Positions 50,831 through 64,000 of a DNA stretch of 64,000 bases are shown one piece after another. This DNA comes from Sphagnum compactum. Taxonomy: Eukaryota. Where the stretch lies: the NCBI GenBank assembly GCA_965153455.1, contig OZ234493.1, forward strand, positions 13,506,213 to 13,570,212, in the 5' to 3' direction. The notes below the pieces were generated by a model. It saw only the letters and a program-made list of their open reading frames with translations, did no database searches and was not told the origin of the DNA. The stretch's first letter is position 1. Each line of letters starts with the position of its first letter. A program made the position numbers and the translations under genes.

Positions 50831-52589
50831 CAAATCTAAAAGTACCCATGAAAGACCCAAGTGAAAGGTCATTAACTTACACACATCAAACCAAGACACC
50901 CATAATATGTTTGCTTCATAGCAAAGTGATAGTACTCCAGGAATGGGTTACACTCTAGCTCAACAGTTGGCTTCTATATCTTCTCCAGAGCTTAATAAGG
51001 CCAGGACCAGGATTTGGCAGCTGAAGAATGAAGAGTTCTTGTTGAGACTTTGCACCTGTGCCAGAATTTTTAGGCAAGAGAGATTAAGCCCCCCATGTCA
51101 ACTTATCATCTATTATCAGACAAAGGTGGTTATTTAACAAAATTGTCCGTTGACTCATTTCACTTTGCTAAGTTCACTCATTCCACTTCTACATACATTT
51201 GGGTTGCTTGGATTTGCATATTTCAAACATGATGTAAATTTGCACATTCTTTCACAAACTTGTTTCAAGTGTAAAAAGTCCCAATTTTGCATTGATGTCC
51301 TCTTAATATCAGTGGCCTAACATGGACCAAATTACATATGTTTTACCATGTCTTCTTCATGGATTGGTTCACACCAATGTTCTTATGGTTTCCTATGACA
51401 TCTTCACAAAATTTTCAAAGGTGATTTCGTAAAATGTCACCAAAGTTCCCAAAGTATGTACCCCAGCACACACCTAAAAGGCCCACCTAGGTAGGGTATT
51501 TCGATTTAATTGTTTCCAACCAAAAGCCGTTGGTCAGGACATGACATACCCGGGTTGATGCCCTGAAAGATACCCATCTCCGCACCCCCTACATATGCAC
51601 CGAACATTAGTAATAAACCACCTTGACAAGAACAAATTAGTTGAAAACAATGACAAGTAATCAAATGAAAAAATCAGCTTGTGTAAGTAACCACATAGTT
51701 ATTTTAGATTTTCGTTTTTTTTTTTTTTTTTTGGGAAAATTTCATCCAATGAATATATATGGATATATCAGAAGCATGGGGGTATGGTATGTATGGTTGC
51801 AACATATTGCTTATTTGTAATATTGTATGGTTGTTATTTCATTATTGGGTTTTTTCTCTCTTTTGTTTCTTCATCTTATTTTTGACCTTTTCCACTTTGG
51901 TTGCTATAATCTCTTTTCTCAGATTTGCTTTTTTTTTTTGTGATGAGTAGACATTTTGATACTCCTCTTTCGCTGGGTTTTGTTACTTTTTCATCAGCCT
52001 TTTCCATAGTCTCTTTTTCCAGATTTGTTTGCTTTCGACATTTGGCCCTTCCGATAGGTATTGCTTTTCATTGAGAATTTCCTGTGTCTTGAATAATCCC
52101 ATTTTTTTCTCATATGGAAGTCTGCATAATTGTCTTTTATTGCAACTCCTTAGTTTGCATCCATCATCCATATTTTAATGTAAGTATCAAGTGCATTTTC
52201 ATCCAAAAAAATGTATTGTTGTTTTTATTATAAAAGACCCCCCTAGTTCTGGAATTTGTAAACTTGGGTCATTGTTGGGTCCTGTTGATCTTGTGAGAAT
52301 TTGTTATACTTATTTACCTTACTACCTTGGCAGCGTCAACACTAATTATATTACTTTTCAGAATGTTGGAATTTCTTAAAAACTCAAATTAAAAAATTCT
52401 GAAAGAAAATACTGAATCTTCAAAAACATTTTATTTGTTGAAATGATTTTTTTAATTAATTAATTATTCAACAGATATGTATTGGAATTGCCAAGGCACT
52501 ATGGATTTCATCATTCAAAGTGGAGTTTCCAAATGTGTTTGGTTTTCTACAATAAGTCACTCCTTGATATTGATCACTGCTAGCCTTAG

Positions 52590-54150
52590 TTGTTTTAATT
52601 CTCTAGCCCTGCCCTGTAAGTGCATTGTTTGGTCCCCTTCCGTATTGCCAACTAGCTTTACCCCTCTTCATGGTTTTTATTGCCTTCCTGACGACATTAA
52701 GGTTTTAGGGGTCCCCTTTGGCTTTGTAGTGTTCTCCTCTTCTTTTTTGCAAGATGCTTTGGATGAGAATATTTGCCATGCAAATGCCCTTTCAAGGTTG
52801 GGGCATGTCTAGGTCACTTTCGGGATCTTTTCTCAATGTTTCATGTAGAGGCCTTCTTATTTGCTTTGTGCTTTCCCACCGCTCCTGAGCTTCCGACATG
52901 AGCTTGCTTCCTTTGACTTGATCCTCATGCAAGTTTTCGAGAAGCTTTTAAGCCCAGGTTGCTTTGAGTGTTCAAAGGCCCCTTTGGTGCATTGGGAGGT
53001 TATTTCTAGTGGAAGTAGGGGCCTCATCTCAGCAAAGACCATTGAGCTGACAACTTTCTTGGGGAGTTGGGCACTAGTAACGTTGGTCATTACTTCTAGA
53101 TTCTTGTTAAATTCACATCCAATTTTATTGGAAGCCATTGGGTCGAGCAGTTTGGGTTCACTCCCTTTCCAAGTGCGCATGAGGTTGTTTTGGAGGCTTC
53201 TTCCCCTGATTGCAATAGCATGTTTACCCTCATTGGAGCAGCTTGTAGAAAGGGGAACAAATCAACTTCAAGAGATTATTTCAAAAAATATATATGACCA
53301 TTCATTTTCCCGCATCATTTGTAACATGTATTTTAACTCACATTGAGCGCGTCTGAGGTCATGTGCAGGGCTGCACCTGGGAACTTAGTTGTTTGCTTAC
53401 ACTATCACCCTATGTTTTTATCTGCCTTTTAATGTTTTCTTTTGCACGTTGTAGACTAGATTAGGCCTCCCTCATCCTCTGGCTTTTGGTCTAACACATT
53501 GCATTTGTGATTAGTCGTTAAACCCCATGGGGGTCCACCTCCTTCGCTACGCCCATAGTGGGGAAAGGACTACATCCCATGATGTTATTTGGGATGCTTT
53601 TGTAAACATTATGAGAGATGTAAGGTTTCATGTTTTGTGGTAACAAATCCACATTCTTCCATCGCCTTCTTTTTAGTCTTTTTTTAGGCGGGTCAACATT
53701 GTTTTGTCGGTTGATGGCATTCGCACATTGGATAATGTCATCATTACCGACCCCACTCAAGCATACTTGGTATCACGGGCGACTCATTCTCATGGGGTGG
53801 TTGTGACATTAGTAGTTCATGTGAAGGAAGGATTTTATCATGATTGTTACCCAATGGATGTGTTTCTCCCTCTTGCCATAGAGGTTTTTGAGAGTCTTCA
53901 CCAATAGGCCAACAACTTTCTTCATCAATGTGCTAACATTGTGTGGACAACAAAGGGCACCAAAGGCCCTCCTTTATCAATGTTGTGTTCCTTTTACAAA
54001 TAGAGAGTGTTTGTGGCAATATAAATAGTGCAAGTTGTTTCCATCTTGAAATGAGTTGTTATTGCAAAGGAGGGTTCATCTAAGCTTGGAGTTTTATCAA
54101 GTTTACCTCCCCCTTTTGTACTTGATATGTTTCATGCAATTGGTGGAAGG
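52590..54150 (+). mobile_element. 5'-truncated RLE-type (CRE-like) non-LTR retrotransposon: RT C-terminus, zinc knuckle and restriction-like endonuclease region
   Basis: KCIVWSPS...IKVLGVPFG, FLGSWALV, HCICD*SLNPMGVHLLRYAHSGERTTSHD (decayed CCHC), RVNIVLSVDGIRTLDNVIITDP, KEGFYHD...FLPLAIEVF. Confidence 0.75.
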
Positions 54151-54183
54151 GTGAAAGCACATTACAAGTGAGCCAATTTTCAT

Positions 54184-54912
54184 CAAAAAAGGTGATGTGT
54201 AACTAGTATCATAGTATGCAGTAAGTTTAAATTTTGATGACATCATATGACAATCGTATACATAAGCAAAAAGCCCTAAAATGTTTTGGAATTCAAATTT
54301 CACTTTAAATCAAAATTAATTTCAATCCAATAGTTAGATGAAGAGGACTGAATAAAATCAATATACACAACATATATAATGTGCAGTTTTTTGTTAGCCA
54401 TAGGGTTTCATGTTTGTAGTTCATAAAACATTATTAAAAAAAGTAATCTGAAAAAATAATGCAATGCTCAACTATAAAATCTCTTTCTCTTTCATTTGGT
54501 ATTGGTTTTTTCTTTAAATACATAAAATATTTTGCCTTTATTGCTGAAAAAATGAAAAAAAAACACAAAATTTTAATGAATTTTCGACCAAAATTTTTAA
54601 ATGGACCTAGATTTAATTGATGTATATCAATAATATTGACCACAAAAAAATTCACCAAAAAAATTCACCCACAACCCTAGTTTTGAAGTATGTATACAAT
54701 TTTCCATACTCCACGATGCATATTATTTCGTCACAAATATACTTCATATGTTGAAGTTCAGCAATGTTTGTTGAATTATTTTTTTAAATTGATTATCTTA
54801 AGTCTAAATCTAATCCAATATACTTCAAACAAACAAAAATAATCCAAAATGTGTTGTCTATACTTACACAAAAAAAACCAAATGCAAAAATGTGATATTT
54901 GTGATTACAATT
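54184..54912 (+). repeat. Dispersed ~730-bp AT-rich repeat, copy 2
   Basis: Colinear with 46078-46820. Confidence 0.8.
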
Positions 54913-57342
54913 TTTAGAGGTGTAATGTGCTTTTATTTGAAGGTTCGATTCTCAGTGGTTCCCTTTCCTCCTTGTGGCCTGCCTTGTTTGGGCTGGCTGC
55001 TTGCTTGCTTGGACTTTGGTCCTTGCCCCTTGTTTCTTTTTCTCTCCCTTTCTTTGGGTGCTTTCTTTTTATTAAGTTTGGCAAGGTTTCATCAATTGGT
55101 AAGTTAATGGCTGTGTTGAGATAATTACTCATTTTTGGCACAATTTTTGAAGGATTTTAGAGATTATGATGAAGGCATGCTGATGGGGGAGAGAGACAAG
55201 TGGACCAAGAGGCTTAAGAAATGCAGACTATGTAAACTTCATGAATTTGGACCTGATTTTAAGAAGTGATCTTAATTCATACCTACAATGTAGGAAACTT
55301 GAAAATTTCAAATTTGATTAATCAAGAAAAAAACTTCATGCAATTGGACCTAATTTTGGGAAATAATTTAAGTTGTATCTCCAATATAGAATGCAACTTG
55401 AAATTTTTTAATTGATTAATCAAGAAAAAAACTTTGAAGTGATTTGTTGACATACTCACCTAAAACATATGGAATTTGAAAATTTTCACAATTCAGACTT
55501 CGTTCCAAAATCAACCCTTTTGGGACACCATGATCAAAGGCTTTAAAAAACATCCAAACAATTTCTTGGTACCCGCCGTACCTTGACTTTTGCTCTATTC
55601 CTTTGGAAAGATGTTTAAAGCAAGGTAAATCATGGGGTATCCCATACTAGCTCCAAAAGAAATTCTTCCAAAAAGGAGGAGATTTCCGGCCTTTCTACCC
55701 CATCCATAAAAATCTGTCCTGTAAACCCTCCTACTTCCCACTAGGTAATTAATAACGAGTGTTGGGTGTGGGTATTAAAAAGTGTTTCATATCTGGGCAT
55801 GGGTTCAGCCTGGTTCCTTCCTAAAGAAATGAACGGGTATCAGCCTAGGCGATACCCTGGTTGATGACTGACTCAGCGGGTATCAGGTTGTAGAGAATCG
55901 GTTGACTAAGAACCCGGTTGCAGGTGGCTAATGAATGGAGGTGCATCAGATGTCTCATGGGTAGTGGCTTCTAAGCTGAATAAGAAGCCTAGTAGCTCAT
56001 GTTGGGCCCTCACATTTTTTCTTCACCTTCCTTAGGTTTTTGTTCATGGTGTTCCTCATGGCTGTTCAATATTGTTTCACCTCTTTTGTGTTTTTTGCTC
56101 ATAATACTACCCACAATGGTTTTCCATCTCTAATCCCCCTCCTTTGTGTTTTTTCTTGTGGCATTGCTCATGACGATTTCTTGATTTTCTTCCCTCCTTT
56201 ATGCTTTGGCTTGCGCCATTACTTGTGATGGTTTTCTCTTCTCTCCCCTATGTGTTTCTTGTCATGGCATTGATCATAATGGTTCTTTCGTTCCCTCCCT
56301 TCCTTCATGTTTTTGCTTGGGGGATTGCTAGTGATGAAATGCATATATGTACATGTGCATATGAGATGGATCACTAATAAAAAGGGACAAGTGTGATGTA
56401 TCACCTAGTTACATGCTACCAAAGATTGTTTAGAACATTCCCCTTACCATACTGACAATTTGTCACTTTTTTGAACCTCTCAAATCATTATGCATTTCTA
56501 ACCGTAATCACATCACAAATTTTTTGGGCCACAATTTAACAATAATAATCATGTAAAATGTATTGTTTAGAGACAAATTTCATACATCTAAAACACACAT
56601 GAAACATGTGTTCACACTAAGCTTTTTCCTCTACTATTAGGCACACCACACATGCCAAAGGAACTACATTGTGCCTCCTTTTCTCCACTCATTGTTTCGC
56701 CCTTTTTCCTTCACATTTTTGCATAAATTTTCCTCCACCCACCTTCTAGAAAATCTTCTTTACTAATCTTCTTCAACAAACCTCCTAGGTCAAGTAAATA
56801 CACATTTGCCAATCCTCAATTACAGCCCTAATGACCACCTTTTAAAAGTTCCAATAAATAAATAAATAAAAACATCCTATCACTTGGGCACTACCCTAAC
56901 CTTGGCCTCAAAACTAAGTTTTACCTTAATAGAACCAGTTTCACATGAGGTGAACTGGTTTCTTTGGTGAAAGTGTTTAGACTATTTAGATTGGAACCGA
57001 TTGTTTTGGTGTTCAGAGTGTGAACACAGCATGTAGATGTACAACATCTTATCTATTGGCAGGGCCAGCGTGTTTGTGATGCCTTGTTTTCAATCTCTCT
57101 CTCTCTCTCTCAGATGCCATATCATCCTCTTGCATGTCTACAAATGCATGGGGAGATGGTTCACACTGCTACTTTTTTTGTTTTGGTGGATGACTAGTAT
57201 TTGGGATCACTTGATGAGTCTTTTACCACATGGACCTGAATTTCCATGAGTGTTGTGTCAATCAAGCCCTCACAAGCTAGTAAGAGTCATAAAATCCAAA
57301 AGAGTAATAATTGGGGTTTTCCCATTCACACACCTTCTTTGT

Positions 57343-59767
57343 AGGCCTTAGATTCACTGAAATCAATGGCCAGGATTCCGTGCCATTGAAACATGTCCTG
57401 CTATTGGAATGTTACGCATAATCACCCCCCGCAAGTCTAGAAAAGGAAATTGCCTTAGTGAGGTCACCCATATATCAGAGGGAATTTTCTTTCACCAAGG
57501 TTGTTACATGTTCATAATTTCTGAGCAACTTGGGTGGCAACTCCCATAGTTCCTTCCCCACTTTCATGGACTTTTTAAGAAAATGAAAGTATTGTCGGTT
57601 TTCTCCAATTTCCAAATCTCAAAAGATCTCACTCAAAGGTCCCACAAATTCATCATATTCCAGAATAAACTATGTTTTCTTCTTCTCAAAAAATAATTTC
57701 CCCCTTTTTTTTTGTGGGATTTTGCCGCATATTGAGAGTGTTGGATTTAAGCAAGGACTGTGTCTTTTCCATCCTTTGCCATAATTTCGGGGCATGTAAT
57801 TTCGGGGCTTCTCTTGTTCCCAATTTGTTTTTGACCTTTTGCAAGGTCGGTGTTTTCTTTCTTTGAAGCCACGCATTTGACCCAGATTGAGCATTTGCCA
57901 TGGTTGTTTCCCTTTAGATCAAAATTCAATCTCCTCAGGTTTGCATTTTATTCAACCATTTGGTTTTTGTTCATCTTGTTGATGACTAACCCGCTTTCTC
58001 TTTTTCGTTTTCTTTTTTCTTTTTTCTATCGCGCCACTTGCAATTCAACACCAACAATTTCCACTTTGTGCCCATGAATCATATAATATATGAAGTTCCA
58101 TTTTTCATCACATGTAGGTCAAGTTCCGTTACCTGATGAAAAGCTTCAAACTTCACATACCCTCTTATGCATATAAGTTCAAGTTCCAATTTTGCCCATG
58201 ATTGATGAACTGCAGTTGAAGTTTTTTTTTAAAAAAATTAAAAATTTAAATTAATTTAAATTAAAAATTCCTCATTCTAGTTCAAATTTGGAGTAACTCA
58301 TGATTAATTCAAATTTCAATTACCCTCATGAAACTGCAATTGCAATATGATATACCCCTAAATTGGTGAAATAAGTTGCAATTTATTTCTCCCCAAAGTG
58401 GTCAAATAGGCCTGACCTTTTTGACCTACCCAATCCCTAACACTTGACCTGCAAATTGTGGATTTGGCTCTTCCTCTAAGTTAAAAGGGAGAAACTCCTC
58501 AACAATGTAGTTTTCATTTGGTCCCACATTTATGTTCACCAGGTGTGTCAGCCCCCAAACAAACCACAAGGTCATAATTTTTGGGAACTTGAAGAACCTT
58601 TTTTCCTTTATTTTTCAGGAATGTTTAGGCTACCAAAGTGAATTCATATTTTGGTGAATGGCATATATGGGGAAAATAGTAGACCTGACCAACAAGCTGC
58701 GAAGTTCAATGGCAGAGTGCCAACAAGGCTTTCACTTGCACACCGATGGGTTTGAACCTAAAACCTTTTTTTTTGTTTAAGGTCCCAGGGTCTCAGGGAG
58801 GGGACACTGAGCCATCACCCTTGGAACCCTGGAGTATAATCTATTACTAGTCTGAACCCCGTGCCTAATGCACAGATGTGTGTGCATTTGACAGTACATA
58901 TTACAAAATTACAATTACAAACTACATTTCCAACAAGTGTTTGCAACTTAGAGCACCTCCACCCCAAAACAGTAAACAACTCCTTTATTTCAGAATGTTA
59001 TAAAAGTTCCTTTTAAACACTCAAAGACCATTTATGTCTTTACATCTGGACGAGAGTAATAGTAAGTTTTCAAATCCATAGTAGAAAAAAAGCTTTTAAA
59101 AGGGTTAACATGACCACTGCAAAATGGACCATTAATACTCACACACTCTGAGGGCGTTTGTTACCAACCATAAAAATCAGTGCAGCTTTTTAGTAAATGA
59201 ACTCTGTGATAGGGGGAAAAAACACACAGAGCATTTTTTATCCATTTTCTGAAATGACCTATTGGATTTTACACCCTGTAAGCATACCCTATAAGACTCT
59301 CCTAGCTTTTTTACAAGTGCAATAAATTGAAAACCCAAAATGGTCAAGTTGGTGATGGAAATCTGGCCCACTGCAGTTTTTTATTGTCGTTATCTATGAA
59401 GAGGTTGTGCCAAATTGAGGCATGGTTGCATGAGAGTGTGCTCGTATTGTGACAAAGTGTGTGTTGTGTCTGTTTGGAACGTTTGCAAATGTGGTGGAGA
59501 GTTGAGAACATACGCCAGAGAGTGAGTGTCCATATAATTAATAATACTTTTTCATTATGTACTTATTAGACCAACTGGTCTTGCTGCAAACATGATGGTG
59601 GGACCTGCAGTTCCAGGCCGTAGATTCATTGAAATCAACGGTCATGATTATTCATTGCCAGTGAAACATTTCCTGCTAGGTGAATGTTATGCAAAATCTC
59701 GCTGTGCCAACCTAGAACGGGGAAATTGTGCTTGGGGAGGTCACCCAAATATCAAAGGGAATTTCCA
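57343..59767 (+). repeat. Pair of diverged ~150-bp direct repeats (57343-57489 and 59614-59767)
   Basis: AGGCC.TAGATTCA.TGAAATCAA.GG...TGAAACAT.TCCTGCTA...GAATGTTA.GCA.AATC...GAGGTCACCCA.ATATCA.AGGGAATTT occurs in both. Confidence 0.75.
58736..58824 (-). other. tRNA-derived (SINE-like) A/B-box remnant
   Basis: Minus strand carries TGGCTCAGTG (A-box-like) and GGTTCAAACCC (B-box). No cloverleaf. Confidence 0.4.
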
Positions 59768-61149
59768 CTGAGGAGATGGGTCTACAAATAGATCCTTTGC
59801 ATAGGTAAAGCACCTTTAACTTTTTTTTAATTCAATTTCTTTTTGGCATTTCTTTCCAGCCTAAAGGTTACCTAAAGCTGGTAAGTATGTTGTCTTTCAG
59901 TTGTTTCTTTTCAACCTAAAGGTGAAGTGGAATTCATGAGGCTGTGCACTTCTTTCATTGCCTAGCTCCACTCTTTGCTTCTTCGTTTTTTTTTTTTTTT
60001 TGGCACATTTCTTCCATTGCCTTTCTCTCTATTTTTGCTTTGTGCACACTTCTTCAACCATTAGTTTCTACATTCCTTTGGGCTCCTACCAAAAAAAATT
60101 TGGAGCTCTTCACCCCCTATGGCAACACTTCTACTTTGCTAATTCCATTTCTAGGCATTTTTTTGAACATTTCCTCTCTAGCCACTTGCATTTGTTGTTG
60201 TTTTTTTTTCCCTACATGTTGGTTATTTCTATATATATATATATATATTTGGTATCATGTGTAGGTTATTATCTGCACAATTTCAAGATTTTTTTCCTTG
60301 CATTGTTGTTGTTGTTGTTTGCAACTATTTTTTTCTTACATCATTCTTTTTTTCCCCCTACATTTACATATTGTTGCCAAGTTAATTGTCAAATTGTTTT
60401 CCATTTTTTTTATTTTTTTGTTTCATGTGTGCAAGTTTCTTTTGTTCTGTTTTTATTTTGCAAATTTTCTAATGCAAGTGTTTATGTGCTTACAATTCTC
60501 AATTGCATTTTATATCAAACAATGTAAAATATTTCTTCGTATTCAACCTGTTTTTTCTTATTTGGTTTTCCCTTTTTTTTCTCACCTTTTACAATGTCTA
60601 TCAATTGATGAAGTAGCTACGAAAAAGTGTTGTAATGAGGACTCTTGTGGAAATGTTCTTGAAATCTTGAACAAGGCATGGCTTGCAATAGCTTTTCTAC
60701 CCAATGAATTGTTTGACCTCCACCCTTTTAGTTTGTGTCATGCTACAACATTTATTCTACCATCATTGACTACTAATGTCTATGAGTTGTTATGAGTTGT
60801 TATGGTCATGGATGGAGATGAAATTTATGTGCAGTGCCCTAAAAGTCACATGAATATGTTGTTCAAGTTTTTTATTGATAAGCCTCTTCTTCCTTCTAAT
60901 CAATTGCATCTTGAAGTAAATGGTGATTTGTGTGGACAATTTTTCAACCCTTACATCATTTAAAATTTTGAAAATTTTGAGTTTTTTCAAAATGCTTTTA
61001 TATCTAAATCTATTGCTAATCCTAGTTGTGAGGTTTCTTTTCATGTACATGATCACCTTGGTATTCTAGCTTTGATGTTATTATTTTTACATATGTTATT
61101 TTATTCATTGTAGCTTTCAAGTTATTTTTTCTAGATCTAAAGTTGTTGA

Positions 61150-61537
61150 GAGGATGATTGTGAATCTGATGTTAAGGAGCCAATTCCAAAATCTTGATTT
61201 TTTAAAATTGATGGTAAAGAAATGGAAAAATGTTAATAAGGGAAGCTAGAAAGTGAACAAGCATGTTAACTTCAGGCAAAAAACATTTTTGATGAATGGA
61301 GAATTTTTCATGGGTTTGGCACAACAAAATCCATTGTTAATATTTTTTTAAATGAAGATTTTATTAAATATCTTGTGAACATGTTGTCATCTTTTGTTTT
61401 ATAAATCACAAAAAAATAATGGCACTTTATATCTTCCAACCAAATATTGTTTTCTTCATTTTTAGAATTTATTTTTCCTTTATACTTTTTTGCAAATAAA
61501 ATTTAATGTTTAGGGTTTAGTTTTTGGTTTATTTTTC

Positions 61538-61571
<34 letters not shown>

Positions 61572-62450
61572 CAAATATGATTTAAGTTTTACATTTAATT
61601 TTTAAATTTTTAAATTTTCTTTTTGACTAATTTGTGTTTTGCATGGTGTGTTTTCTATGTTTTTTAACATTAAGAAATGTATAAGTCAAAAACAACAATG
61701 GCATGTGGTGGAATCAAGTAAAACACATGCAATTCCTTTTAACATCTTCACAAAAGTGAAGTATCACTTTGCGAAAGCTTTTAGTGATGAAACAATTCTT
61801 TGAACTTCAACTACTAATCTTTGCAAATCAATTAAAAAATTTCACAATTTGTCCATTGAAGAGGAGCAAAGGATGTTGGCACAAGCAATGTGTCAACCTA
61901 CATGCAATTTAAATTTTGATTTGGATATTTTTACATGTAATTTTTTAAATTATAAAGGGATGTTTTGAACTCCATAATGTGGATTTTGATGAATTCATTT
62001 TGCATTCATTACCTAGTGATATTCTTCTAAGGCTTTGTCAAGGGTTCTCCAAGAATTGGAGGATACACATAACACGATGTTTTGCAAATTAACATTGACT
62101 TGTTGTTAATTGTTTAATGGCTAACATTATTGAGACTTACAAATAATTTGTTTGTCATCACCTTAGTACTTAACTTGTTGACAAACTTGGGCCACATTTA
62201 TTGTTTTCGTGAACTAAACTTAAATGGAGGTTTTTTTAATGAAGTATGGTTTACTATTGTTCCTATTGGTTGGAATCACTTGCAACTTAGTGTGGACAAA
62301 TTCATTGTTGATTTTTCAAATTTGATTAATAAGGTTTTATCCAATAAAATTAGCCGGGGTGTTAGAACCACCCAAATAGAAGAGTCGCTTGTACCTTGGG
62401 AATATGGGACAAAAATAATGAGGCATTGAGATCCAATTTCTTATGGAAAT
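61150..62450 (+). mobile_element. Crypton-like tyrosine recombinase (DUF3504-like) remnant
   Basis: N-part AKNIFDEWRIFHGF...LVNMLSSFVL*ITKK/NGTLYLPT. C-part WFTIVPIGWNHL...LSNKISRGVRTTQIEESLVPWEYGTKIMRH*DPISYG, resembling the W..P.G.N.L, HxxR and GHR...Y boxes. Confidence 0.5.
61540..61568. repeat. (TA)n microsatellite
   Basis: About 14 TA units. Confidence 0.9.
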
Positions 62451-63625
62451 AAATTTTGTAACTTATTATTATTATTATTATTTATGATTATATGATTTTT
62501 TTTTCATTTTCGTTTTAGTTGTCTATGGATTTTTCTTTGTGTAAGTATAACTAAATAAATAAACATTTTTGAAATTAATTGACGTGGTGGATTTTTAATG
62601 ACGAATTGGAATCTAGTCAATTATTGCATTATGGAAAGGCATTCACTAAGAAAAATTATGCTTATGAGAACCAAAATAATTATTTCCATTTTATTTTTGA
62701 GGTGTTGTTGTTGATTGACAAGAACTTAATCCCATTTTTATAACTTATGTTGGTGAAACTTGCATATAGACATCAAAACTACTTGTAGCATGTCCAAATG
62801 CTATTACAAATACCTTTCAACCTAATACCAAAGGAAAGGAAGAAGCACATGAAGATTTTATTTCAAAATCTTCTATTTTATAGTTTCAAATTTGATAAAT
62901 TTTTTGTCATTATTTTGATTTGGATTTTAGGTTTTATAAGTTTTTGTCTTTCATTTTTAGTAATTTGTTTCTTATGCAGGATGATTTTCATTTTGGAAAA
63001 GATATAGTTGTTGACAGAACTAATGATGTTACCTTTGTTGTTGTTTCCATTGTTGCGAGAATTGGTGTTCATCCTACCCATGATGGCTTTGCTATTGTTG
63101 TGTTGAGTTTTTGAGTTCTTAGTAGCGGATCATTGAACTTGAAGAAAGTTTTTGGGATAACATGTTTGATAAAGAGCTTCCCAACTATAAAAATAGGTTG
63201 GATGCCATCTTTTCTCGGCTACCACTTCAAACTATCAATGTCAACACAACTTTTGACTATGTTTTTAACAACCTTCACAATTGTCTTATAAGCATCACAT
63301 AGCTTGTTGATCCAAAATCAATTCATACCTTGACACTACCATGCATAGTTGATAGGTCTTGATTGGTTTTCTAGTTTCATTTTCATTTTATAGACTACAA
63401 GTTTTCTAGGATCTTCATTTTTTCTGTTGGTGCTGCAAGTAGATGGACAATTGCTAGGCTTAGTTTATTGAGTCAATTTTTTGGTTCAACAAGAATCTCT
63501 TTGTTAAACACATACATAATGAAGGTTTTAAGGGAAGAACGTGGATAGGATGATAAAATGAAGGAAGATTTGGATTTCATGAGGATGCTCATATGGGATT
63601 GAGGATGTTGTTGTTTCTAAGTTGT

Positions 63626-64000
63626 TGTCGCAACCCTAGCCTTGGCTCGCGACCAAGGCAAGGGGGTCGCAAGTGTGCGGGCCTATAAGTAGACCCGGGA
63701 GTCATATCACATGCTCCCGGGAGTGCAAAGAGTGTGAGGGAGTGAACCCTCACACTCCCAAGTGAACTCCCATGTTGGGAGTTGGTGAGAGTGGAGTCCC
63801 AAAAGGACTCCCGAAACTTCAGAGAGCATTTTGAGGGGTCAAAACTCAATGGCTTGTTGCGCTCTTTACATCAATGGAAAGCTCTTGAAGTGTAGATGTC
63901 TATAATGGGCTCGCATTGCTCATTTGAACATCTGAAACACGAGTTATGGCCAAAAGAAGGCCCGGGAGTCGAACTCCCGGGAGTCCGCCAGTTTTGACTC
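63626..64000 (+). mobile_element. Start of an LTR of the same family as 38587-39496, running off the window
   Basis: Begins TGTCGCAACCCTAGCCTTGG. It keeps CpGs that have decayed in the 38.6-kb copy, so it is probably younger. Confidence 0.75.

Noticed and set aside
59944-60795. Long hydrophobic Phe/Leu-rich ORFs (also 48044-48788)
   Set aside because: T-rich low-complexity sequence open in several frames; no motifs or splice structure.
38587-64000. The two LTRs as ends of one retrotransposon
   Set aside because: They are in opposite orientation, differ in decay, and have no gag-pol between them.

Overview
AT-rich, intron-containing eukaryotic (land-plant) nuclear DNA. Gene and repeat style suggests a bryophyte such as Sphagnum, but this is inference only. 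Supported genes: the 3' part (8 exons) of a molybdenum-cofactor-sulfurase-like PLP enzyme (3..5218, +); a small intronless complex III subunit QCR10 (6177..6365, -); an F-box gene split by one frameshift (8678..10929, -); two convergent PLS-class PPR pseudogenes, one with a dead DYW domain; and an intact 4-exon SDR110C-type dehydrogenase (34277..37382, +). The rest is decayed transposon sequence. Main discoveries: (1) a 12,153-bp insertion (31957..44109) with terminal inverted repeats and a 3-bp AAT target-site duplication splits one hAT transposase pseudogene exactly in frame and carries the intact SDR gene; (2) a decayed multi-exon gene (17004..19440, -) ends in a prokaryote-like N4/N6 DNA-methyltransferase-fold segment; (3) a Crypton-like tyrosine recombinase remnant (61150..62450); (4) two RLE-type (CRE-like) non-LTR retroelement fragments. 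All family calls come from motif recognition by eye; no database search was run.
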